From contig CDRNVI010000007.1 in assembly GCA_977017575.1 (NCBI GenBank), positions 300,102-364,101 on the forward strand: a stretch of 64,000 nucleotides of DNA. Direction: 5' to 3'. The DNA comes from Paramoeba atlantica (lineage: Eukaryota; Protista; Discosea). A program made the translations under genes and the position numbers. Below are positions 22,485 through 31,927 of this stretch, piece by piece (the first letter of the stretch is position 1; the number at the start of each line of letters is the position of its first letter). The notes under the pieces are model-generated. The model was not told the origin of the DNA and made no database searches. It was given only the letters and a program-made list of their open reading frames with translations.

Positions 22485-23262
22485 TAAAAAAGGAAAATTG
22501 GCCAGGGACGCGGAAGAAAACGGAAGGATTTGAGCCAAAAATAGCCAATTTTTAGGTAAAAATGGTGTGATTTTTGTGTATTTTTACTCTCAGAGCACTA
22601 AATCCGACATTTGCGTGTGGGAAATCACTCGTAGGCATGCATTCTACCCAATACAGAACGTATTGGGTAGAGAATGTGACTCCAACCACACGATTCTTCC
22701 GACCCAAAAAGGCCCCTTGGGGTCCGAAAATTACTTTTGCGCATTTTTCAGTCAAAAATGGGTCATTTTCGGAGGGGTGCCACGGCTTCAAGAAGCGACA
22801 TCTCGCATGGCGTAGAAAGCTAGAATAGGTCCCAAGCTATCAAAATACAATAGGCGAAACAATTTTGGAAAAATATTTTTTTTACCATTTTTTTTCGTCA
22901 AGTTGAAAATTTTTTCAAAAAACAATTTCCGAAAAAATCCGAACTTGACGGACCCGTCCTGCGGATGCGAGGGGGGGTCACCCCCGGGTAGGGGGGCGGA
23001 AAATGCGCGCCAAGACCCCGGCTACCCCTTCTGCTTCGAAAAATAATTTTTTCAAAAAAAATTTCATGCGGTATGCCCCCATGGACCCCCCCCATGTACC
23101 CCCCAAGGGTTCGATTTTTTTTGAAATTTTTTGGACCACCGGAGCCCCTTTTATATATTTTTCTTCTATTATGTATTACTGTGTTCCTCTTTATATTTTC
23201 ACTGTTTTTGTTCACTTTTTTTCAATAATCGAGGGTAGAGCGGTAGTTATACAACCACCGCA

Positions 23263-23912
23263 ATGTACCCCCCCTAGTTATCTGTCGCTACTTTTCGAGA
23301 AAAGGTGACAGATAAGTAGGGGGGGTAGGGGTGTGACAGATAACTAGGGGGGTCAATGTGCGACAGATATCTAGGGGGGTCCGTCGCCAAAAAAAGCGAG
23401 GGAACGAAATGTTACAGAAACGGTATCCTTATTGCCTAGGAAGATTCCTTTCTACCCCAATGGGGTACTATAAGCTGAAGACATGCGTCTATTGGTTAAA
23501 AGAAGCCCAGAGAGTGAAGCGGATGATGAAGGGGACGATGGAGTGGATAATAAAAGGAATGATGAAGGGGATGATGGAGTGGATAACGAAGGGGACGATG
23601 ACGGGGATGAGGAAGGGGGCGATGAAGGGGACGATGGAGATGATGAAGCTAACGAGCTCCGACTCTTGCTTTCCAATTTCGTCGGTAGAACTCCACACAA
23701 AACCATTTGCCTAAAAACAAAACAGAAAACGACATAGAAGTTTCGCTCATACACTTAACTTTTGTGGTATACTTGACTTTTTAATTTTTTTTTGAAAAAA
23801 AGCGACAGATAACTAGGTGGGGGGGGGTCGACCAAAAAAAATATTCGAAGTGTCAAAAAGCGACAGATAACTAGGGGGGTGGGGGGGTGACAGATAACTA
23901 GGGGAGGTACAG
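23263..23912. mobile_element. ~650-bp MITE with CTGTACC-type TIRs and GACAGATAACTAGGGGGG subterminal repeats
   Basis: TGTACCCCCCCTAGTTATCTGTC at 23264 vs GACAGATAACTAGGGGAGGTACAG-TA at ~23889-23914; five further motif copies inside; internal Asp/Glu/Gly coding-like repeat. Confidence 0.7.
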
Positions 23913-24032
23913 TATATAAAGTTTTAGGGACCCCAGTATTCTAATATTAAATCACTTAGCAGAATAAATGTAACAAGCTTAATTAATATTAAATAGATAT
24001 TTTTCTGTTAAGCGTTCGTGAAATTGTGAGAA

Positions 24033-24557
24033 ATGTGTAATTCAAATTACGTGCGAATCCTTCGCCAATTTCTTGAAGGGAACTTGCCCCGTAGCATGCA
24101 ATGGAGGTCATTTTGTCGACGCATGTGCAATAGTCGAGCGTATGTTAATTCATTGTTGTCTGATACCGAAAAACAGTCCGAATTGTATCAACGCATCCGA
24201 AAGCATTCTATGCCATTCATAATGGCTAATTTCTTCGTTCTCATCACTTTAGCGCAAGTAATACACGCGGTATGGATACAGAATTTTCGACCATCGCACA
24301 ACTTAAAGGGTAGAGAAGGGTGTGATAATCTAGAGAAAAGTATACGGACAAAAATTAACCAAAAAAAGAATTCAATAGCCCCCACAGAATCGACGCATCC
24401 ATTGGAATCTAATGAGGATTTCTATCCTGGTTTGATCCCTGAACAAGTGCGGAGGGAACAACTACTTGATAATCTAATTGTCCCTCATACTGAGTGTTCC
24501 TTCGACGCACCTCTAGACGCAGATCCTTTTCTTAGTTGCGAGAGAAAGTTTCTTTGA
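24033..24557 (+). CDS. hypothetical single-TM protein
   Basis: 174-aa ORF with one hydrophobic segment (FIMANFFVLITLAQVIHAVW); same strand as neighbours. Confidence 0.55.
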   Translation: MCNSNYVRILRQFLEGNLPRSMQWRSFCRRMCNSRAYVNSLLSDTEKQSELYQRIRKHSMPFIMANFFVLITLAQVIHAVWIQNFRPSHNLKGREGCDNLEKSIRTKINQKKNSIAPTESTHPLESNEDFYPGLIPEQVRREQLLDNLIVPHTECSFDAPLDADPFLSCERKFL

Positions 24558-24743
24558 AATTCGTTTACAGGAATGAACTAGGTGACAAAAGTGGTTCTAT
24601 AATCAAAAACATAAACTGCGTTTCTCAAGAACGTTTTCGTACTAATGTATGCATTCTTTTAATGTTTGAGCTGTGCATTAGCTTGTTTCTCATAAAGTAT
24701 ATTTGTTCCTGTATTATTTTTTTGTGACCTACCTGTATTTCTG

Positions 24744-25487
24744 ATGTGCGACCATCTGACCCGGAATCATTCTAAAGACACGGATCGAACACCTGTGTCC
24801 CGCCAGAAAGTACCTTTTAGTCGTCCTGGAAAAATAGACCACGATTTATTACCGGTAGAATACAAGCTGGACAGATTTTTTGTTAATGTGACTAATCGTC
24901 CCGCTTCGTGGAACACACACACTGCTGGGTGTCTCTGGGTTGGTGTACGGTGTGACTCTCAATCGATAGTGACACATCTTCAGTGCGGCTTTCAGCATCT
25001 GGTGGGAACACTGCAGTGGACGTTTCTTCCTTCCAGCCTTCAGAGTCTTGCGCTTACAGGTAATCGGTTTTCCGGTGCTGCAACCACCTCTGAGTTACCT
25101 CCGAATCTCTCCAGAATATCTCTCGGTCATAATAGATTTTCGAATGGCATTGATCTCTCACACTTCTCATCCCTACTGAAAATATTTGAGCTCAATCATA
25201 ATTTATTTTGCGGTCGCATTGATCTGTCCAGCCTTCCTTCTTCTTTAACCGAATTAAGCATCCGTTCTAATCGATTTTGTGGAAGTATTTCTCTTAGGTC
25301 TTTGAAAGAAGGATTGCGTTATCTCGATCTTAGCTACAATTTCTTCAGTGAATTGGAGTATCATTCCCAACTGAGCCTGCCTTCTACTTTGGTTGAAATC
25401 GATTTGCGACAAAATTGCTTAACGAGAAGACCTAGTATTTCGAAGTGTGCGATACGGATAGCGTTTGCTCCTCAGCGTCATTCATAG
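24744..25487 (+). CDS. leucine-rich repeat protein
   Basis: CLWVGVRC cap followed by ~6 LxxLPxSLxxLxLxxNxFxGxIDL repeats. Confidence 0.85.
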   Translation: MCDHLTRNHSKDTDRTPVSRQKVPFSRPGKIDHDLLPVEYKLDRFFVNVTNRPASWNTHTAGCLWVGVRCDSQSIVTHLQCGFQHLVGTLQWTFLPSSLQSLALTGNRFSGAATTSELPPNLSRISLGHNRFSNGIDLSHFSSLLKIFELNHNLFCGRIDLSSLPSSLTELSIRSNRFCGSISLRSLKEGLRYLDLSYNFFSELEYHSQLSLPSTLVEIDLRQNCLTRRPSISKCAIRIAFAPQRHS

Positions 25488-25644
25488 AAGATAGGCTTTC
25501 GAACAGGTGGTACCGGCTAGGCTCTCTATTCACTTTTGATTCAGAAGACTTTAGACACATTAGCCTCCCTCACGCCCTCGTTCCTATCAAAATGACTATC
25601 GAAAGATATACGTTCCATCGCTATTTTTCGCCTTTAGTTGTATA

Positions 25645-27261
25645 CAGGGGTGAAAACTTCCATCTGGGGGGGGTCTAAAATTTGTAAAAACTTTTCAATT
25701 TTGTAAAATAATAGCGCATTCGAGAGCTCTCGCAGAGTTGTACGTCTTCGTACTGGTAGCTTTTATATCAAAGTGGAACTACAAATGCCGAATAGGTCAA
25801 AAACTCGAATTGTCACTTGAAAAATGATACAAAAAAGTTAAAAAATAACGTTTTCCCCCCAAGAAGCTTGTTAGTAACCCCTTTTAGTATCCGCAATGTG
25901 CACCGTTCTTTTCTACAATGATTCTACAACGCTTTCTGAAGCTTTTTAGCGTATTCACAAATTTAGATATTTGTTCTGTCTTAAGTTTATCATAGGAATC
26001 ATGAATTGCGGAGAGTAATTGTTGTTGATTTTTGGGTTGAATTTGGACCTTTGTCCCGTCCATTATTGACCAAAGATTTTCTATGGGGTTTAGATCGGGG
26101 GATCGTGCTGGCCATCGGAGCCAAGAATAACCCTTTTCTTGGGCCGCGGCACGAGCCTTATTATGTGCCGGGCAATTGTCCATCACTATTGTGGCCCGAT
26201 GTCTCCTTAAATATTGGAACAGACCCCCCCTTTTTTTCATGGCTTCATAAAAATTTTGTCCTTTTACAGTTACTTTGTTTCCTTGAGAATCATGGGTAGG
26301 AAAGACGTGTAAATGAAACCCATGCTTTAAGCTTACCCCCATCCAAACCATAATACCTTCTCCACCATGATAGGGTTCTAATTCCCCTGTTCGTTCTTTG
26401 GGGGGGTCAGATTTTCGGCAAAGGTACGAGGGTCGGGTGGATCTTTTGTAAATTTTTTTGTAAAAAATTTTTATTTTTGTAAATTTTTTGTAAAATTTTG
26501 TAAATTTTTTTTCGTCGCAGAAAATAATATTTTCCAGCGCAGCGTCGCTCCACTGTAGCATTTCAGTGGCAAATTGCACTCTGCGCTCCTTATGATTATT
26601 AGATAAGAAAGGGGTCTTTAAAGCTGTTCTGAGCACAATTTTTTCTTTTGAGTTTTTCAACATGTTCCTTAGGGATGTTATTGAACATGTGAAGCCACGT
26701 CGCTTTACCTCTCTCCAGATCTCGCTCCAAGTGGAGATACCATAAGGAAGGTCACGATAAGCGTCATCAATAAGCTTTAAAGATACTTTCATAAGATCAG
26801 AGGTGGTGCCCCTAGGTTGACGCGTAGGGGATGGACTGGCCACGTCGCCAGTGCAATTAAATCTTTCCACCCAGAGTTTCACAATTCCCTCGTGGACACC
26901 AAAATTTTGGACAGTCCGGGAATAAGACTGTGTTTTCTCAAAGTCCGCCACAAGAAGCATCCTGTGACTTTCCTTAATCTTCCCTGGTGAGGCATAGGAG
27001 CGTGCGCTCAAAACACCACGGGAAGTCCGTGAGCGAACTCGCTTTTGAGGCATAAAATGGGGAAAAAATAAAAAATTGCCATATTTTCACGGGAAAAAAA
27101 AATTATTTTTTTATCATCACATTAAATCTTTCAAGTCGAGCGTTCCGAATACGCCAAAGACATACAACTCTGCGAGAGCTCTCCAATGCGCTATTATTTT
27201 ACAAAATTGAGCAAATTTTACGAATTTTAGACCCCCCCCCAGATGGAAGTTTTCATCCCTG
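25645..27261 (-). mobile_element. full-length Tc1/IS630-like DNA transposon, 1617 bp
   Basis: ~105-bp imperfect TIRs starting CAGGG(G/A)TGAAAACTTCCATCTGGGGGGGG; TA at 25643-25644 and 27262-27263; single intact transposase ORF. Confidence 0.93.
25884..27053 (-). CDS. DD32E transposase (Tc1/mariner-IS630 superfamily)
   Basis: IIFCDEKKF / IVMDNCPAH / WPARSPDLNPIENLW with 32 residues between D2 and E; N-terminal HTH-like region. Confidence 0.92.
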   Translation of the reverse strand: MPQKRVRSRTSRGVLSARSYASPGKIKESHRMLLVADFEKTQSYSRTVQNFGVHEGIVKLWVERFNCTGDVASPSPTRQPRGTTSDLMKVSLKLIDDAYRDLPYGISTWSEIWREVKRRGFTCSITSLRNMLKNSKEKIVLRTALKTPFLSNNHKERRVQFATEMLQWSDAALENIIFCDEKKFTKFYKKFTKIKIFYKKIYKRSTRPSYLCRKSDPPKERTGELEPYHGGEGIMVWMGVSLKHGFHLHVFPTHDSQGNKVTVKGQNFYEAMKKRGGLFQYLRRHRATIVMDNCPAHNKARAAAQEKGYSWLRWPARSPDLNPIENLWSIMDGTKVQIQPKNQQQLLSAIHDSYDKLKTEQISKFVNTLKSFRKRCRIIVEKNGAHCGY

Positions 27262-28663
27262 TATATGTACTTTCTCTGCGGGGATTTCCGAACGTGGCTT
27301 AAATCACATGTTAGGGTTTTGTGTAGGCCGGTCTATTCGCTTGATGGTGATCGCTATACGACTACGAATACACCCAAGCCAAAAATTATTATCGCTAAAA
27401 TTCATGGTACTAAAATAATTGTTTTATTAATTGAAAGTTATCAATTTTTGGCGAGAAGCATCTGTTTATTTTTTGTCAAGTTTTGAACTTTTCATGAGGT
27501 CTGATGTTGGCAATCACCTTTTAGAGAAGAGTGCCATAGAATTTTCACTTTTAAAAGTCAAATTTCACCAAAAAAATACAAACTCAAAAAACATTTACCG
27601 AATCGTTTTTTGAACAGGTCATCAGCAAATTCCTGCAAAGGTTTCTCCTGCACCGCCTCCCAAAGTTCACCCCCAAGCGCAGGGCGGTGCTCATTCTCCG
27701 TCCATAGGGTAAGTTGCCCTCCTTTCTCTCCTTCTCGCGCCGTTTTCTGTTTCATTTCCTTGGGCGGGTCGAGAAGTGCAGCTGCGAACACTGCTCGTTG
27801 GCGCTCTTGCGGGAGCACTTTCACCAAGACGCCGGCAGTTTGTGAAGCACGTAGCTGTAAAATTCGACGTAAGCAGAGTCGTAAATGCTATTAGCTATTC
27901 TAGTTACATCTTTCAGAACGCTAAAATTTTCAGCGCGATTAGCTAATGAAGCAAAAATAATAGTCGGAGGTAGCGATGATCCATGTCGTATAGGCCTGCC
28001 AAAAATATTGTTACAGTTTCCTTTTCGTTAACTATTGCACAACTTATAAACCACATTCCAGGATAGTATGCCCATGCCCACTTAGCATACCTACCCCCCC
28101 CCCCGCCAGCAACAGGAGCGAGAGATGTCCCTTTTTTATATAGAAGCGACAGAGCAACTTTTCTAGCAATCACACGGTAAGAAATCGCATTTTAAGGTCA
28201 AGACACCATTTTTCTAGCAACTACAGATAAGGAACGCGCCGCGAAGCTGCGCGAAAATTCTTTTTAGCTTTCTAGACAAAATTTAGTATACCGTACCCAC
28301 TTAGTATACCTACTAGGTATAATATCCTGGAACGTGGTTTATTTTGAACGCCTTTGGGGGCCAGAGATTTGACATGTGCTTCATAATCAACTTTGACGGA
28401 TGTCTCATCTCCAGATATTACGTACCTATACTTCCGCACAGAAATTGGACGTAGAGTCCCATGCATAAGTAAAGGACCAAGGTTCTTCCATGCATAAGTA
28501 AAGGACTTTTGTGGAACATTTAACCATTTTCTTCAATTTTCATTTTTTATGTTGCAAGCCCCGCACCCGAGTTCACTCATGAGTGGATATAATGGCAATA
28601 AAGGATAGGAAGTATAATTCAGGCATACAGTTCCAAGAATCTCTATTTTAGTAAAGGGGGGGT

Positions 28664-28750
28664 ACACCCACTATTAGCAATCACCCACTCTTGGAAATCA
28701 CCCACTATTGGCAAACTCACCCACTATTGGCAATCACCCACTATTGGCAA
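28664..28750. repeat. five tandem 17-bp units TCACCCACTATTGGCAA
   Basis: Read directly; begins at TA|CACCC, possibly the terminus of another element. Confidence 0.85.
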
Positions 28751-29329
28751 ATAATTAATTACCTCAAAATTTCTTAAGATGGAATTTCTAAATGTACATT
28801 AGTAGCAACTAATGGACACCTTGAAGGTTGCGGCCATAAAGGAATTAAGTGATAACTCAGGTGATATCGGTGTAGAAGTGTACTCTGACATCTAAAGTGA
28901 TCTTGCACGCTATTTCGAAGATGGCGAGAAATGTCACAACGATTTTCCTACTACCTTATACCCCTCAGTAAGAGATCCCCCAGTAAGAGAGATTTAGTTC
29001 GGGAGCCTCCACAGGAGGCGTATGTATGTCGTAGGGGGTGGGTGTCCGCACGTCGGGGGCCTTCGGAGGTCTTCAGTAAAAGAAATGGAACAATTTGTCG
29101 AAATCGTTGCGGTAAAAGAGGAATTTTGAATGCGTTTGTAAAACCCCTTTGTCCAAGAGTGGGTGATCTGAATTAAAAATAACACGATCTGTGTTAACTT
29201 TAATAATATAGAGCTTCCATGGGGGTAAGAGTGAACGCGTCCATGTATCGAAAAGAAAAGAGGAAATTTCAGAGGAAAATACATATTTCAATTTTTTTTT
29301 GTCTGCGGCGCTTTTTCTTTTTTTTAACA

Positions 29330-29440
29330 CAGATTTCTGTCTGGGCAAATATTTTCGAGTTAACACAGATTAATATTACACAGGTTAATGTTCTCCAGAT
29401 TAGTATTACACAGACAAATGTCCCCACTGTATGCATTAGC
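29330..29440. repeat. degenerate ~15-bp tandem repeat (ATTACACAGATTAAT)
   Basis: About five units visible between 29326 and 29420. Confidence 0.55.
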
Positions 29441-29539
29441 AATGTGCAGCTTAATATGCATTATAAATGTGCGGGTGCCCTCCCCTAAAAAAAATTCCGG
29501 CGCCTCCTGCCCAGTCTCGTCAAAAGGAAAACGAGGGCT

Positions 29540-29960
29540 GAAATCACCTGGGTTTGACTATGACAATTAGGTGGGGGGACAGTATGAATTCGGTGCCGTT
29601 GTGCGGTCGAACCCGCCCTTCTGGTCTCAATTCAGTACCTTGCGAGAGCGGGCAGGCGGTTTTCTGTAAAACGACACGTCGAAGTGCAGAGCAGCGGTGG
29701 ACAGTGAGTCAGCCACTGCGTCAGCGAGAGCGAGTAAAATTAAATCATGTCGGTAGGTGTACCGACCCTGCTCCAGGGATACTTTGCAGCCCGCTAAAAT
29801 ATGTCGAGGAGTTTGAGTGGCATCGCTGCACATGGGATGAATATCGCTCACGTGGGGCGATATGCCCCAAAGACCAAGGGCGGCCCGGGCAGGAAGAGGC
29901 GTTTGTGTCATCACTGACGCTGCAAATCAAGACAAGGGATGGCTTTTATGTCGCAATCTC
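29540..29960 (-). mobile_element. relic of an RLE-type non-LTR retrotransposon (zinc-knuckle region)
   Basis: LPARAALGLWG...HPMCSDATQTPRHILAGCKVSLEQGRYTYRHDLILLALA matches the HILxGC...QGRYxWRHD motif preceding restriction-like endonuclease domains; flanking parts are decayed. Confidence 0.72.
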
Positions 29961-30670
29961 GCTTTCGATAGCCATTTGAAACCACTGGCTCGCCACAGTA
30001 GTACGCCGTTGCACTGATTTGTGTAAGTGTCGTTCGTATTACATGTTGATTATCCGTCGTAGTTGGTCCATCTCAGAACGCATGCTATAGAACTGTGCCG
30101 CGGGCCAAATTTGAAGAAGGTGTAGAAAACATGTTTTCGATGACCATGCAGCCCAAGATAAAGTGGACGAGGGAGATACCCGTGCAGGATTGGGATTTTT
30201 GGGTACAGACCACCTATATTGCACCCACTTTCAAAATAATGATATGAATGCACTTAAATTCTTTCTTAACTTTACACACTTTACCTCACTTCCTCCTTAA
30301 AAATATTGCAGCATGCTTAAAGTTGGCCACCTTAGACGTCAAATGCCCATGCAGTAAGAAGCATTTTTCCTGTTAGATAATGATCGGAGGGAAAATATCG
30401 TCGTCTTAAAAATTCTGAAAACTGAATTTAAAATTTTGTACATTATTCTTTCAATCCGGGCATAAATCGCAGACCAATAAATCAGTTACTTTTTGGAGAG
30501 AAAGGTGGGCGTCCGCTAATGTATTTCTCATAAAAAACTGACGATTTCATTAGAATTATTTCTTTTTCTTGAAAACAAATCCTGGAAAAAAAGTGAGATT
30601 TCACCAAGTTGGTTTTCATTTCATTTTTGCAAACATGCTCCCTGCAAATCACAAAACACATAAATGTCAT

Positions 30671-30717
30671 ATTTTCTCTTTTCGGTCTCTCTTTTACATC
30701 TTCCCCTTCTTTCACAG
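30671..30717 (+). promoter_or_regulatory. long polypyrimidine tract + AG, putative trans-splice acceptor for eIF4E
   Basis: ~45-nt pyrimidine tract ending cacAG 17 nt before ATG 30735. Confidence 0.55.
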
Positions 30718-30734
30718 CAATTATCTCCCCCCAA

Positions 30735-31364
30735 ATGAATCCTAACGCTGCAGTCCTCTCTACAAGCCTTCACGAGACAGAGAAAGCACTTCCCCCGTCC
30801 GAACACCCCCTCGGGCGTTCCTGGGTGCTGTGGTACGCCGATCGCTCCCTACGTGACACCGAATCCCAGGAAGCCGTTCCCTGGGAGAAGTCACTGGTAC
30901 AGATCTCGGACATTAACACTGTAGAGAAGTACTGGAGTACGGCTAACCACATCAAGCGCCCCAGTGCTCTGGTGTTTGGTGCCAAGTACTGTTTGTTTAA
31001 AAAAGGAATCGCCCCGGCGTGGGAGGACCCCACCAACCGCCTAGGGGGGCAGTGGATCGTGGTGCTACACGACCACGAGGACATGGCGAGCCTGAACGCT
31101 GTGTGGGAAAGCCTGACGTTAAGCCTGATTGGGGAGTATTTCTATGATCCTTTGGAGGGGGTGTACCCGGATGTTGTGGATGCGGTCTGTGGGGTCGTGT
31201 TGACCAGGAAACGACACGGAACGCGTTTGGCGTTGTGGGTTTCCGGAGCAGCAGGTCCGGATGTGGTGGGAGCGATTGGGGAACAAGTAAGAAACATTCT
31301 AAGTCCAGTTCCCGTAAGTATGGAGTATGTCTCTCACAAGGAAAAATTGGAAGCTATGCAATAG
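30735..31364 (+). CDS. EIF4E: cap-binding translation initiation factor eIF4E
   Basis: HPLGRSWVLWY, VEKYW, PAWED, GGQW, LALW; all eight conserved Trp positions present. Confidence 0.93.
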   Translation: MNPNAAVLSTSLHETEKALPPSEHPLGRSWVLWYADRSLRDTESQEAVPWEKSLVQISDINTVEKYWSTANHIKRPSALVFGAKYCLFKKGIAPAWEDPTNRLGGQWIVVLHDHEDMASLNAVWESLTLSLIGEYFYDPLEGVYPDVVDAVCGVVLTRKRHGTRLALWVSGAAGPDVVGAIGEQVRNILSPVPVSMEYVSHKEKLEAMQ

Positions 31365-31927
31365 CTCAACTATAGAGGCAATGCTAGATTGATCGCACGC
31401 ATATGAGGCAAACATGACAAATGTGTTCGCCAGTTGGGAAATTCGGCTGTAGTTCGTAACGATTCTACTTTGCTGGTACCAGTTTTCTATAGTACACGAT
31501 CTTCTACTTGATATACTACCTGGATACGCGTGTCTGGTTCACTAGTGAGTATACTAGTACACATGTTCGATTTTCTGACTCATATTCAGCAACATTTCGA
31601 AATCTTGTAAATTGAGTAAATACTTTGTCCTTTGAATATTCTATTAATTTCATATTAGTAGCTTGCCTTTTATATATTTTTCGGTAGCGCTTTTTATGGA
31701 CCGGGTCTGAAGGTGGTACGTATTATTCGAGTGAGGTGAAGATTGTAATAAAGAGCAATTCCCGCGGCAGGGAAGCGTCCACAGCTTCCCTGTCAGAATT
31801 CGGCAGAACAGGCAGTACCGAAACTTCGAACCTTTTATCTGAACCAGTTCGTGAAAAGAAAGATGAATTCTCCGGTCTCACACTTCCGGCATCCCAAAAG
31901 AGTAATTCGAATTTATTAAGAACAAGT

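Noticed and set aside
22643-22671. 12-bp stem hairpin as a Helitron 3' end
   Set aside because: No CTRR terminus at the expected short distance and no matching 5' TC end identified
27558-27900. Minus-strand ORF fragment in the TE island
   Set aside because: Possibly a decayed TE protein, but no motif could be assigned
28778-29230. Apparent pseudogene on the + strand
   Set aside because: About seven stops in 150 codons is what non-coding sequence gives; no homology recognised
31696-31927. Longer N-terminus for XPB (GTG 31736 or out-of-frame ATG 31696)
   Set aside because: All recognisable XPB domains lie after ATG 31928; the extension needs a non-AUG start or an indel
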